A stretch of DNA of 64,000 nt from Octopus vulgaris (GCA_951406725.2 OX597837.1:17360001-17424000); one strand, 5' to 3'. Shown: positions 1-14,100, numbered from the stretch's first letter. A program made the numbers and translations. Notes: a model not told the origin generated them from the letters alone.

Positions 1-1260
1 GCACAGTAATTACAGGAAAAGTGTGTTGAACAGCAAATAGGACTTTATCAGGTATTCATTGATCTTACTAAGGCTTTTGACTCTATCAATCGAACTGCCT
101 TGTGGGAGATCTTGAGGAGACTTGGATGCCCAGTAAAGTTTCTTACTATTCTGAAGCAGTTTCATGATGGCATGGAAGTAAGGATCAACTTGGTGGAAAG
201 CTCTCATAGTCTAACTCTGTCATGAATGAGGTAAAACAAAGTGACATACTAGTACCCACTCTCTTCACCCTCTATTTTACTATAGTTTTTCAATTGGCTT
301 TCAAAGGCTCCTATGAAGGCAGATATATTAGATATCGCACAGCAGGAAAAATCTTTAACATCAGAAGACTGTCAGCTAAGTCAAGGACGTCCTCAACTCT
401 TATTAGAGACCTCCTCTATGCAGATGATTGTGATATTATCACTCATACTGAGGAGGACATGCAAAATCTTATGAATGCAATTTCAATGGTTTGTGAGGCA
501 CTTGGCTTAACCATAAATCTTACTAAAACTATTGTCATGTTTCAGCCAGCACCAGGAATGCCATACATAGAACATGATATCTTCATGTATAGAAGAAAAC
601 TTGCTGTGGTTTCTAAGTTTGTTTACTTAGGGAGCACACTAAACACAAGAGTGAATCATGTCACTAAGCATCAGTGAATCACGTCACTATGCATTCAGAA
701 AGTCAGTTTTGCGTTTGGCAAACTGGAAGATCACCTATGGTGTAGACATGGTATTTCCACTGCGACAAAGATTAAGGTATACAATACATGTACCTTAACC
801 TCTTTATTGCATGCTTGCGAAACATGGACTGTGTATCGTAAGCACTTATGGAATGTTTTCATCAACAATGCCACAGAAGGATTTTGAGGATCAGCTGGAA
901 AATGTTTGTGAGAGATGATGAGGTGCTTGAAAGAGGGAAAAGCTTCAGTACTGAAGCTTTGCTATTGCAGTACAGATTGAAATGGAGTAACACTTAGTCA
1001 GAATGACAAACAACAGACTGTCTAAACAACATTTTTACTGAGAATTTGTGACAGGTAAGTGTCCATCCCACAAACCAAAGATGAGGTACAAAGATTGTCA
1101 GAAGTTGGGACTGAATAAGATAAATGTTCCAATTGACAACTGGGAAGATTTAACACAGTGCTGAGAAAAATGAAAAAAGTTGTGTAAGAAGGCAAAAAGG
1201 AATATGAAAGGAAGAGAATGGAGCACGCAAAGATCAAAAGAAAGATGAGAAAAAGTGACA
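1..1260 (+). mobile_element. RTE/BovB-like LINE, decayed reverse transcriptase and C-terminal region (5' part outside window)
   Basis: Translates as QEKCVEQQIGLYQVFIDLTKAFDSINR, then ORF 222-677 with VKQ..ILVPTLF, LLYADD and FVYLGS; frameshifts present. Right boundary approximate. Confidence 0.9.
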
Positions 1261-1909
1261 GGAATGATGTTCTAACAAGCATTAATGAACGTGATGACAC
1301 AGTGGAGATGATTTTCTCAAAGTGTTGAGTGTTATAACACCTAAAAGTCATAGACATGGACACTCACACCAATTGTAATTCATATTTGAATTTATCCTTA
1401 TGTATGCATTGTTTGAGCATACCAGTTGATGGTTTTTACACCATTTTACATATAGTCATGCACAGGCTATTCAATTTGCCTTTAGTTCAATTCAGGTGCA
1501 TGATGTTGATAAGCCACAAAATTGGTGAAACATCAATGTTCATCATTCCTGAATGAAACTTGGGGTGAGTTGTCTTGCCTGTCTATGACTATGACTTTTA
1601 GATCTTTTAACACCTACTGTTTTGAGAATTACAGCCAACCAGTAAACAAGCAAAGCACATATATTTTGTGTGTTCAGTAATGTTTACAACACTTGCACTG
1701 TTTGTAATTCATACTTGAATACATCATTCATCCACGGCAGTGGGCAAATTTTTTTTAGCAGTGATGGGCCAGGCTCCAGTTATACTTTGAGATCAGATAA
1801 TTAAAAATTGATTCATCATCATCATCATTTAATGGCTGCCTTCCATGCTGGCATGGGTGGGACTGATTCATTAACAAAAAAGTTAGGTCAAAAGTGGCAA
1901 GAAATATGC

Positions 1910-1981
1910 TACTTTAAAAGAAAACTATAGATTAATTGAATTTTTTACAATTCAATTAATCTATGGTTTTCTTTTAAAGTA
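1910..1981. repeat. 72-bp AT-rich hairpin (33-bp arms, 6-nt loop)
   Basis: tactttaaaagaaaactatagattaattgaatt / aattcaattaatctatggttttcttttaaagta, one mismatch. Confidence 0.9.
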
Positions 1982-2299
1982 ACCAAGACAAATGTGCTCA
2001 TTGAGAAAGATCATTCTGATATAATCTAGATCTGGTTAACCACATTGAATGATAAGGAGCATGCAGAAGTGTTTAAGATAAACAATTACATGGTACTTCA
2101 CTTGATAGGTAAGTCCTGAGTTTGCTTTATTGGATTTGATACAGCATACAGAGTATATAATCAAGAAATCTTAAAAAAGAATGGAAAATTATACACCTTC
2201 AAACCTAGTTTATTACAGTATTATTCTCATCAAATTTCAACTTGACACATGTTTCTGCTAGATATGTGTGCTAATGTTCTTTGATGTAGCACTTATGTG

Positions 2300-3140
2300 C
2301 ATTTAGTTGATTCAGTTGCAGTACACATTCATCTATATCCTGCTCCTCCAGATATTTTAAAAATTGCAGAATTCCCAATAGACCAGGGGGATTTTCCTGT
2401 CTTCGTATTCTTAATGGTCTTATCTGTCATTTTGCTGTCAACTAGAATAGCTGGCCTTTCTCTTGCATTCACATGTAAAAACTTTTCATAGTAGCATTTC
2501 CACACTTCATTTTTTTTTTCAGAGTCACTAAGTGTGAGCATGCCATTATCTATCCACACACACTTCTCTTCCACAACATCTTGATCCTCTCTGATACCCT
2601 CTCTAGCAATCCAGAACAGCTCTCATCTCTGGTTGACATTAATAAACCTCTTTCTGCTTCTGTCCTTGCAAGATAAATGTATTGCTTAAATTCGCTCCTA
2701 GCTACCTCCATTTTTCATTTACTTTTCCTGCTTCCTTTTTCCAGTCTTTCCAAGCCCATCTCTTTGCTTTTATGCCCCTGTCTACCTCACTGTTTCACAA
2801 CCATGTCACCCTCACTCTGACAGAAACCTTGGTCTGCAGCTTGCAGAAAGTTGTCTTACAAGAACTTCCAGTTATCCTCTACATTACACATCACTATCTC
2901 CTTTTATTTTGTCATCAAACACTTTAATCAGAACGTCTCTAAGTCTCTGGCTGTTTCATGGATCTTTAAGCTTCCTTATCTTCCTTTTTAAGACTAGTTT
3001 GTGCTTCTGAGTCCATCTAACCCTAAGTCTGAAGTTACTAACTGCCAACTTATGTTGGGCTGCATATTCTTCACATTTATAAGCCTCTATCTTTGTTTAT
3101 GGTGAGAATGTAGCCAATCTGGCTTGTGTGCCCACCAGAT
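2300..3140 (-). mobile_element. Decayed RTE-clade LINE fragment (EN-RT linker)
   Basis: ORF 2329-2574 EKCVWIDNG...VWKCYYEKFL...KTGKSP is paralogous to ORF 4002-4499. Confidence 0.7.
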
Positions 3141-3964
3141 TGATAAGTGATTAGGTGGTTGGCTGGCTGGCTGGTTTCCTTAAATAAGTGCTTCAGACCA
3201 ATAAGTCATTTCTTTGAATGTAACACAAAAGAGTTACTTTCCTGTTGGACTGAAGTCAGTGAAAACAATTGTGATTACATTTTCGATAAAAACTGTTCAG
3301 ATAAACATAGTTTACATTTGCTTTTATATAATTTCTGGTAAAATGCAAATTATTTTCCAAACACCCTAATATATATACTTTTGTTTTGTGACTAACAATT
3401 TACCATTTGAAGCTGTTGAATTTGTTCCACTTTAGAAAATGTCCTTTCCATATCATTTGACATGAGCTGAAAGTATTTTGCTTATTTTTTATATTTGTCT
3501 TATAACAGTTTAAGTTTTCTAAATTATCCATTTCTACTTGCTGCAACAGTATCCCTGCTTAGTTGTTCAGCTTGTCTTTTGTAGTTAAAAGTTCATTCTG
3601 TTTTCTTAATGCTAAATTAATCTTATCTTACATTTAATAAAATGCAGTGTGTTTCACATCAGCCATCAAACAAGAGAGTGGGAGTGAGTGACAGTCAGAG
3701 ATGCTAGATGCAGGTGAACTGTAAGAGATGTTTTACTCTCAAGTCACTGGTATTTTAATCAAAATAAAAATAAGTTTCCCAATCACATGCTTCCAGGTTC
3801 TGGGATCTGTTGGAAATAGTAACCAAATTTCCCACAAGGAAAATACGAAATGTGACACCTGAGCTATTTAGGAGGGTAGCAACTTCAAATAAGAACTGAC
3901 TCCAATCATATAGATGGTGATGATGATGAGGAGAAAAAAATGAGGATTACAGTGGATAATGTAG

Positions 3965-5230
3965 TCCTTGATTACTGATGGGCCGGGAGCTTTCTCTGTC
4001 TTCAAATTGCTTTATCTACCAAGGTACTGTCAATCTGGATAGCTGGTCCCTCTGTTGGGTTGACATTTAGCAGACTCTCTTTCTCCAATTTGTTCTCTTC
4101 ATTTAGCAACCTTTCATAGTGGTGTCTCCAAGTCTCTCTCCTTGCAGCCTCATGAAATGCAAGTGAGCTATCATCCATGCAGACACATTTTCCTCCTATG
4201 ACATCATGATTTTCTCTCACACACTGTCTTGCAACATGAAACATTTCAAATCTTTGGTCCTCATAATGCAGAACATTGGCAAATTTTTTCTTATCTGCTT
4301 CCCCTCTGGCTAAATAAACCTGTCTCCTAGCTTCCCTTCTGGCGATCAGATACAGTTCCCTGCTACCACCATTCTTCCAGTCTTTCCATGCCTGTTTCTT
4401 TTCCCTAATGGTCCTGTCAACTACGTTGCTCCACCACCACATTACCTTGGGTTGAGAGGGGACTTTGCACCATCCACAGATCTGCACCATCCAAGACACC
4501 TCCAGTTGTCTTCTACATCATGTGATGCTATACCCCGCTCTATTTTGTCAAAAGCTTTGAGTAATATGTCTCCAAATCTCTGACCATTCACAGGATCCTT
4601 AAGCTTCTAGACCCTTCTTCTCTATGCTGGTCATCCATTTAGCCCTGATCCTGAAGTTGCTACCTAACCTTATCTATGTTGTGGGGTGCATTCTTCACCT
4701 GGGAAGGTTTCGGTATTTATAAGTAGCCATCTTTCCCATTTCCTGGTGAGGATGTAGTCAATTTGACCAGTGTGTTTACCAGATTGGTAGGTGAATAGGT
4801 AACTGGCAGGTTTCCTGAAGTAAGTGTTACAAACCATAAGATCATTTGCATCACAGAATCCAGCAGCCTGGTTCCCTCCTCATTGTGGGAACCAAAACCG
4901 TAGCCTCCATGTATGCCATGGAAGGCCCCTGCATGTTGTCCAACATGCCCATTGAAGTCACCAGCCACAAAGAGAAGGTCCCTGTCATTCATCGACGAGG
5001 TAGTCTGCAAGAGGGTATCATAAAATTGGTCTTTTTGTTCATTAGGTAGCCCCCGGCTGAGGGGCATAGGCTGAGATAATGGTTGCTAAACCATGTTGCA
5101 GCACTAATCTAAAGTATTCTGTCACAGATTCTTACTACCTTGATTACCTTATCAACCCATTTCTCCACACCTCTGACACCATCAGTGTTCCCTGCTCAGA
5201 AAATCTTATACTATGTTCTTTACCTGCATG
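3965..5230 (-). mobile_element. RTE-clade LINE fragment (APE endonuclease plus linker)
   Basis: FVAGDFNGHVG...GYGFGSHNEEGTRLLD (ORF 4717-5067); WWWSNVV...WRHHYERLLNEEN (ORF 4002-4499). Confidence 0.85.
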
Positions 5231-6039
5231 CAATATATATATTTCAAGCGAACACACAGTTGCTGATTTTGCAACAAGCAAAAATGCTAGTTCTAAAATC
5301 ACTCTAAGAGATCAATACAGTAGTTGTACTGACAAGTAATATTCATAGCCACTTTAACATGGCTGTCTGTTTGAGTGGACTCTACTGTGATTTTTTAACA
5401 CCAAGAGTACATCTCTTCTAGTTGGTTAAGAATGCTCAGCTTCATCCAATAAAATTGTGAGCAGGGCAGTGAACTCCTACCATCTCCTAGCAATAGGACC
5501 AGTAGACCAGTCCTGGTTTCAGGCTATTTCTGCCACTCCTTAGTACTGGACACCTTGTCTGCTAGAATTTTCTACTGGTACTTACACATGTTTGGGAAGC
5601 TGGGTTAATAGTAAGATCATATTAAAATAACTGTGCAGCAAACTTAGTGGACAGCCACCAGTCACCATTTGCAACAGCTGACGAACAGAAAATGTAAACA
5701 ATCAGACCATTCAGCCAGGTCCCAGGGTCTGTTCTGTTTACAGGGCTTCATTAAAGCACTCTCTCATAATAGCACCCAGCCAGCCAAGGGCTTTCAGCAA
5801 AAGTGTAGTTTACGGTAACTACCCCACCTGTTACAGCAGATTAGCAGCATGTATCAGTACCTTCTGTACCTGGCCAGTTTGTGTCAGTCAGACTAATGAC
5901 AATAAAGCTTACAGTTATTGGTTACTTTCAAACATTTACAGACAGGATTTCTTCAAAAGGCTCAAGTTGTCTCTCTTTCATAAGCAGCAGCACTCTCACT
6001 GGGTGAACATTGATTTCTAGCAACTGTAAAACCCCCTCA

Positions 6040-6305
6040 TTGCTCCAAGTAATAAACGACGGAAATATGAAGCTGACTTTAAGCTGAAAGTGGTAGCATA
6101 TGCCAAGTCCCACAACAATTGTGCTGCTGCAAGAGAATACGGTGTAACTGAGATGGTAAGAGTTTGGAGATTAAAGGAAAACATATTAAGAAGTATATCC
6201 AGCAGCACAAAATGTGCAATGAGAGGAGGCACTGTACACTCGCCAATTCTAGAGAAGCATGTAGCAGACATGGTCAGTGAGCAGCATCAAAATGGATATG
6301 CTTGA
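6040..6305 (+). mobile_element. pogo-type transposase N-terminal fragment (Brinker-like DBD and start of CENP-B HTH)
   Basis: KRRKYEADFKLKVVAYAKSHNNCAAAREYGVTEMVRVWR...PILEKHVADMV. Confidence 0.7.
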
Positions 6306-6334
6306 AGACCAATAGCCTCATGAAGCAAGACAAA

Positions 6335-6485
6335 ATTTGCTGATTAAAGAAAATAGTAGCATTGCTGTTTGTACACACTCATTGTACAATCTGCCTTTCA
6401 CTCTGAGAAAGAGGCCCTTTTTTGCCAACAGAGGTAACAGCTCTCTGAACCTTCTCCATTCTATTCTTTTTCTAGCAACTATACT
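6335..6485 (-). mobile_element. RTE LINE post-RT fragment
   Basis: RIEWRRFRELLPLLAKKGLFLRVKGRLYNECVQTAML. Confidence 0.7.
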
Positions 6486-6591
6486 TTTGTATATATCCTT
6501 CACCACTATGAATTACACCACCTCATATTGACTAATAAGGCATTAAAGATTGAAGCTGGTAGACAGAAATCCATACATTTATATATTTACA

Positions 6592-6640
<49 letters not shown>

Positions 6641-8071
6641 ATTTTACATCTGCTTTCCATGTTGGTTTGAGTTTTACAGTTCAACAGGATTCAATGGGTA
6701 GGAGAATGATATCTTGGTCCAGTGTCTCAATTTTGACTTGGTTTCTAAGGCTGGATGCACTTCCTAATACCAACCACTTTACAGAGTGTACTTACTGGGT
6801 ACCTTTTGTGGGGCACCAGCATTATTGAGGTTGCCTTGCAACTTGCAAGATTAAAGAGCCTTCACAATTGAGGGGGAGAATAAGAGAGAGTGAGAACTTT
6901 AGGTGAAGTGTTGAGAAGTTAAAAGTATGACAGGAGAAACCAGTTTATTTTTGTGAGAATGTGATAACAGAGACAAATGAAGATAGCCTTGGGGAAGAAA
7001 GTAACAAATGGGATTGAGAAGAATAGTATCAAGAAAACAGTGGGGTGGTTTGAATATAAGGAGATTTAGGGCTACCCTTTCCACCACCTAGATTATATAG
7101 AGCTGAAGGGAAGTTGATGGAGTGATGTTGGAAAGAGAGAGAGAGATAAAGATGGTGGTGACAAGGAGCCAAAGCATAACCTTAAGGTAAATATTTCCAA
7201 TAATAGAAGGGAGTATGGTGAGAGAAGAATCAGGAAAGGTGGATAGAGGTTGCTAAAACATGTGAGGAGGGAGAGTATGTGATGCATGGAAATAGGATAG
7301 AGGTAGTCAGGCTGTAAAGACAGTCAATGGTGAACAAGGTCAAGGACGGTCAATAGTAAGTATGAGGGAGGGATGTCAATAGAAAGTGGCACAGAGAGGG
7401 AGTTATTGATGACAATACAGAAAGGGTGATGATATGATATGTAGTTAGGAGTTTGACTGAATAATACAGTAGACAAGAAGTATGATGGATGGACAAGTGA
7501 TGGTGAAGCAAGGAAATGGGCATGTGTGCGTGTGTGTGTGTGAGTGTGTGTGTGTGTACACATGTCTGTGCATATATTGAGAGAAAAAGTTAAATTGGTT
7601 AAACTTGAACAAAAACACTCTATAGTATTTATTCTTCCCATGTTACACAGAGGGTTTTATAGCAAAATAACCGAGCAAAATGGGAATAAAGGGGCAATAT
7701 TTATTTAATAATGAGAACATAAAGTACTGAAATTTACTTACTGAACATATCAATATGTTTTTTAAAATTTTGAAAGAATGAAAATATAATTGCAAATGCA
7801 AATTATATGCATTTATATATGTCAAATGCAAATGGTATATATTTATACAATTATGTTTATGCATTTGTTCATTGTCTATACTGAAAACATTGGAAAATCA
7901 GTCTCGGACAGTAGTAATTCCAGAAGAATATTTTGGTAAAATTTTATGCGCAATTGCTGTGGGTTCTCTCTTTTCCTTTTAAGGATGAAAATGATATGTG
8001 CAAACAATATATTTATACATTTATATTTATGTACCTGATCATCATTTGAATTGACAACACTGTGACGAAGT

Positions 8072-8197
8072 AAGGTGGTGAGCTAGCAGAATTGTTAGCA
8101 TGCCAGGCAAAATGCATAGTGGCATTTCATCTGTCTTTACATTCTGAGTTCAAATCCTGTGGAGGTTGACAGCTGGCTTTGTGCCAAAATTTGAAAC
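8072..8197 (+). mobile_element. tRNA-derived SINE family A, internally deleted copy
   Basis: A-box-like gagctagcagaattgtt and B-box gagttcaaatcc; homologous to copies at 14.2, 19.8, 20.8, 21.0, 61.4 and 63.8 kb. Confidence 0.75.
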
Positions 8198-8371
8198 CAA
8201 TATTGTAACAAAGCAAAAGAATACATACTAAAATAATTACTTCTCTCTGAGCTATGTGCATACATGTGTATGTGTACACACATTGCAGCCTGTGCACAAC
8301 AGAAATCAATGCAAGTATATGCACTCAAACATTCGTTGATTATGTTGATTTAGTAACTAATGTCTTCTGAT

Positions 8372-8571
8372 TAGGCACAAGGCCAGGAATTTCAAGGGGA
8401 GATGATTAATCAATGCCATCAGTTCTAGTACTTGATAGGTACTTTATTGATACCAGAAAGATGAAAGGCAAAGGTGACCTCAGAAAGGTTTCAAGTCAGA
8501 CCGTACAGTCAGAATAAATGCTGCAGAGCATTTTATGTGATGTCCATCAGTTCTCCTAGTTCAACACTTTA
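8372..8571 (-). mobile_element. SINE family A, diverged reverse copy
   Basis: gatgaaaggcaaaggtgacctc is the reverse complement of the family core gaggtcgactttgcctttcatc. Confidence 0.65.
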
Positions 8572-8824
8572 AATGATTTACTAATTAATAATTATACATT
8601 TAGTCAGACATACATCTGCCATGAAGAAGAAAGAAGAAGTGGAGGAGGAGGAGGAGGAGGAGGAGAAGAAGAAAAGGAGAGGAAGAGGAGGGGGAGAAGC
8701 AGGGGACGAAGAGAAGCAGCAGTAGCTGAAGAAGACGATGCTGATGCTGTTGATGATTCTACACCATTAGAATTTTTTCATATGTTACTTTTACTATTTT
8801 CTGTGAGTTGCGCAAACACTCACT

Positions 8825-9388
8825 GGTTCATTACCTTTTGACCAGTAGATTTAGAAAATAATTGTTTGTAAGTAAACACTTTCAAACTTCGTATACTGGT
8901 GAGTGTATCAGAAGCATGCTTACTTCATGGCACCACCATAATCGTTCATGGTTCGTTTTTCATTTTTTTCCGTAACCTTAACCTTAAAACCCCAACCCTA
9001 ACCCTAAAACCTTAACCCTAACCTTAACCCTAAAACCTTAATCCTAACCCTAAAACTCTAACCCTAACCCTAAAACCCTAAAGCTAAAACCAGTACAAAC
9101 GCACGAACGATGTCATAAATAACAGTGACAAACGAAAAATACACCGCCGATAGTTGATGTTGACAAACAATAGTAGTAATTTTATTTAGCTGAATACACG
9201 TCATTGATTGGTTGAAATTACCGAAATACGAGAACTTTAACACGGAATAACATCATAAACAAACTTTTGTCAAAAACGCTAAGAGTAAAATATATTTTAT
9301 ATGACACATTCTACCAGTATACGAAGTTTGAAAATGTTTTGTTACAAAAAATTATTTTCTAAGTCTGTCGGTCAAAAGGTAAAGATCC
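8825..9388. mobile_element. MITE-like element with ~80-bp imperfect TIRs and an internal degenerate (CCCTAA)n array
   Basis: ggttcattaccttttgacc...caaacttcgtatactggt versus accagtatacgaagtttg...ggtcaaaaggtaaagatcc; telomere-like repeats ~8972-9085. Confidence 0.8.
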
Positions 9389-9505
9389 CAATCCGGCTGT
9401 TAGAATGCAATTGGACCATCCTATCTCCGACGATTCAAACTACATTCAAACTTTCAGTTGACAGATCACATCGTCTTGTCTTCCACGCACGCACGCACAC
9501 ACACA

Positions 9506-9612
<107 letters not shown>

Positions 9613-10638
9613 GCGTATCTCTTAAATTAATAAATTATAGATTGTAAATACAAGGCAGAGAATACAATTGCGCAAGAATACAGGTGCAGAGGCCACTGTG
9701 TATACTGTGTGCATCTATGTCTGCGAGCGTGTGTGCGTGTATGCTGTATTGTCTTGTGTGTATGTGTGTGTGACTGCGTCTGCGGAGTGGGAGTATGCAT
9801 ATGTGCATATGTATGACTGTCTGTGCAGGTGAGTATACAGTGTGCTGATGTTTGGTGTGCGTGTGTGTGTGTGTGAGAGAGAGAGAGAGGGGGGGAGAAA
9901 GAGAGTACGCGTGTCTGTGTGTATGTGCCAACTTTCCAGAAGTTTTTATTTGATACTTTAAAACAATAACGATGGTGGATTAAGAAACCGTAATTTCCTT
10001 TGATTCGATAACGGATAAGAAAGTCACCATTAAATAACAGATTGCTGCTTCTCTCATGCCCTGCGCTCTCAGATCTGCAGATTTTATGATCTGCAAAGAC
10101 ATCCCGTCCCTGATGACGCTATAATCATCTAATGTGCTCTCCAGCCCTTTATCTTTTGACTGCTATTTCTAGTAGCCTGAGCTAGTGCGACAGATTTTTT
10201 TTTATGGTAGTGGTAGTGGTGTTGGTAAATAAAATGTAACAAAACAGCAAATATAACGAAAGTAAATGTAACTCAACACACACACACACCAGTTTCCAAA
10301 GAATTAAGTGAAATGAGACAAAAATATTTTTACTGGGTAAAGGAAGAAATATTTCGCAGTTGCGTAGCGATTGTGAGGTGATAATGAAATATGGTGGTTG
10401 TGGGATTGATTGTTGCCAGAGTCATGTGGCTTCCTGATTGTCTTTTGTTTTTTCTTCAAACAATAAAAGATGAAAAGGAAAGTAATGAATACAACTATAC
10501 TGTTAAATAAACAACACAATGGTTATACACACACGCACACACACAAGCGCAGGCGTAGCTGTGTGGTAAAAAGTTTGCTCACTCATAGGTAATATCAGGA
10601 AATAAGGTATACATACAATAATTATAATTTAACAATTA

Positions 10639-11190
10639 CACTGGTTAAACAAGTATTTTTCAGCAAGCATACGTCAAGGTGTACCTAGTCTACTTTTTAA
10701 TGCTGATTTCAAATATACAATTAGTTTTTTGACATTATGTACAATTTTCAAGATGAGAAAGTTTTATTTTTTGTTTTAGCTCACGCATTATATAGAAATT
10801 CCAGTTAATAACGTATATGCATGTATTTCATTTACATCATGGAAACATACCTTTAAAATAAACTACATTATTCATTGCTGCATAGTTCAGATGCAATATT
10901 TCATCATCTTAAATCAGCTTGCTCAAATGGCTTACGTGACTGGTTCAATAATAAGTCCATGCCTTTTGCCATTCCAGTGATATGGAGGGAGCCAAAAGAC
11001 CATTTTAATTACTGTTATTTTTGCAAACTAACTGTTACAGGATTTTCTATGAAGAATAAACACAAAATTGTGTATCCAAATTTGTATTCTGCAATGAGAC
11101 CTGTGACTCAAAATGGAAGTCTGCCAATTCCAGTTCCACCCGATTGAAACATCAGATGATGATGCTGACTGCCACGATAGTGCTGCTGAG
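10639..11190 (+). mobile_element. Chapaev3-like DNA transposon 5' end with transposase N-terminal fragment
   Basis: TTA|CACTGG terminus; ORF 10875-11147 MPFAIPVIWREPKDHFNYCYFC...YPNLYSAMRPV...LPIPVPP. Family assigned from remembered motifs, not from a search. Confidence 0.7.
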
Positions 11191-14100
11191 GACGTCGCAT
11201 TCACTAGTACTGTTAGGAGACTTTAATACAATATGTGCAGCACACACAAATCGTGTTGGCTCGAGCTCGAACATGAACAGAAAATGTAACCCAGGTTTTC
11301 GTGATCTGCTAAGTCAATTTCAGCTAGCAGATCCATATAGCTTGGAGCAACCGAACACTCCACAGTGGATGTGGTCAAATAGTGATGGGTCTACCAGAAC
11401 ATATCTAGATAGGATTTTAATTAGAGAAAAAGATAAGTCCATAGTTGAGTGTCCACAGTTTTTTCTAGTCAGCTACAGTGACCACAAGATGGTTACCAGT
11501 AAACTGACGGCAGATAAGTTGCATAGACAGGGATCTGGCTACTGGAAACTCAATACGTCCCTTTTGGCGATTGAGGAGTACAGAAAGCGGATCAAGATGT
11601 TAATACAGAGGGCATTAACAGGTACCATCATTAATAACAAATGGTGGTACGCCCTAAAAAGAGCCATCAAATATGAGTCTATTAGGTTTAGCATAAGTTT
11701 AGCTAAGAAGGGACGTAAAATAGGAGATGGTCGAGTTAAGGAACTAGAAGAAGCCTGGAGGACTGGTAATGCAGACCAAGCGAGGATGAAAAGACTGGAG
11801 TTAAACCAGTATCTTGAAACCCACCACATGGGAAGTATTGCCAGAGCTAAGTTACGTGCAATGGGAAGTGAAGGAATCAAGGCCGCTGGATGGGCCCGAG
11901 TGGTGGAAGCTCGGCAAGGAAATAGTTCCTCTATTCGGTCTTTGACGAATCAAAATGGTGTCTTGGTAAACGAACCCGAGAAAATGTGTGAGGTCTTTCA
12001 GGAGTACTTCACCCAGCTGTTCGGGGGCGACGGCGGTCCTGGTGGTGGAAGAGCCCTCGAGCACTTTCTTGCCGGGCTGCCGTGCCTCTCGGGGTAGGAT
12101 GCGGAGTCTTGCGAAGGGCCAATCACGCCCGAGGAGGTGATGGAGGCTTTGGCCGATTGTAAAGCGGGTAAGTCGCCGGAACTTGATGGTCTTCCGTACG
12201 AGCTGTATAAATGTATGCCAGACTTGTTCGGGCAACTACTGACTGACGTGTACGCGAACTGGAAACAAAATGGGTTTATCCCCAGATCTGTGCGCCGGGG
12301 AGTAGTGACGTTGGTCAGAAAGGACCCGGACAAGGGGGGCGTTCTAGAGAATTTCAGGCCCATCACTCTGTTAAACGCAGAAGTGAAGATTTTGGCCAAG
12401 ATTCTAGCAAAAAGGTTGGCGCGTGTCGCGAATGGTATAGTCGGGGAGGCACAGACATGTGCCATCGCAGGCAGAACCATTCAGGATACTCTCCATCTTA
12501 TTCGCTATACCATAGAGAGGGTTGGTAATAAATCTGGCAAAGGTGGGGCATTGGTGCATTTGGACCAGTCTAAAGCTTTTGATAGGGTTGACCATCGATA
12601 CCTAGCGACTGTACTTGCGCGGTTTGGCCTGGGTCTTGGCTTCCTCAGGTGGTTTATCGCTTTATACCACAACATTGACTCGATAGTTCGGGTGAACGGT
12701 TTCCTTTCGAAGCCGTTCTGCATCAAACGCTCGGTTCATCAGGGATGTCCGCTTTCACCAATTTTGTATGTGATGGCTCTCGAGCCATTTCTGCGAAGGT
12801 TGAGTGGCATCCCGAGAGAACCAGGACTAGAGGAGTTTGTTACGGCTTTCGCGGATGATATCACTATCAGTGTAACCACAGTAGCACGCCTACGTGAAGT
12901 AGGTAAGACTATTGAGGCTTACGAGGAGGTAGCAGGAGCAAAGATTAACCGGGAAAAGTCGATCGACTTGCAGCTCGGCACCTGGGTTGGCAAGTCGATG
13001 CCTTCAGACATCGTTGTTGGGTGCTGGACGGAGGGACCGGTTACGTTGCTGGGAGTCTGGTTTGGACCAGGCCTCCAGATAGAGAAGAACTGGACGGAGG
13101 TATTAAGCAGGGTGACTGCAGTAGTCAAGACCTGGTCTTGGCGGGGGCCTATCCCTGAAAGGGAGGGCGGAGGTGGCCAATGTGTTTATCGCATCGGTCA
13201 TTACCTACCGCCTGACCATCGTGTCCTGTCCGGATTCGTGGTTGATCAGGTTGGAGAGACAGCTCTTTCGCTTTTTGTGGAAGGGCAGGTCGCCACTTGT
13301 GAAACGCTCTGTCTGCTGTCAAAAGCCTTTAAAGAGAGGTTTAGGGATGCCTTGGTTAATGATGCGCAGACATGCGTTGAGGTTGAGGCATCTCTGGATT
13401 CTCCTGGATAGTGAACGGGTGTGGTCTCCGCTGGCCAGACAAATGTTCCCTGAGTTCAAGAGTTTTTGCGAACAGGAAGCCTGGTGTTCTCGTAGACCGA
13501 GGTCAAGTGAGTGGCATAAAGAGTGCCGTAAGGCCCTCTTGCTGTTCCGGCGCTCGGGCAACGCCAGCGGTGGGGGTTCCACACGGATTTTATATAGTGG
13601 GTTGGTAGAGTCTGAATGCGACGATGGCCTGGGGTCGACTCTAGGTCTCGGATTTATACAACTGGACAGCCTGTTTCATCGTACATTCGGGTTGAGAACG
13701 ATGGACAACTTCCAAAAGTCCTTAACCTGGCAATGCTACAGAGGTGCCTAGCCCGTTTGGGATAAGCTCGCAAGACATGGTAAACGTCAGTCGCCGACCT
13801 GTCCAAGATGCGGGGGGGGGGGGGGACAGGGAAACCGTCCCTCACGCTATTGTTCAGTGTCCGGAGATAACTGAAATGTGGGCTTATGCTGAACACCTGT
13901 TGTCCGGCGAAGGAAGAGTACAGCTGTCGACACCGGGAGTTCTAACGAACGAAGGTAAGAATTGTTTTCTCACGGTTGTAGCAATAGCAAAAGCGGTAGA
14001 TCGGGGCTCGTGGGGTCGGGGCGTAACCTGATCATCGCTTCATTTGTATTGTTTTTGTATTGTGTATTCCATTCGATTTTTTATGTATTGTATTTTATTT

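Noticed and set aside
651-698. 23-bp tandem duplication in the RTE fragment
   Set aside because: Local slippage in a dead element.
8972-9085. True telomere or chromosome fusion scar
   Set aside because: Short, degenerate and enclosed by TIRs.
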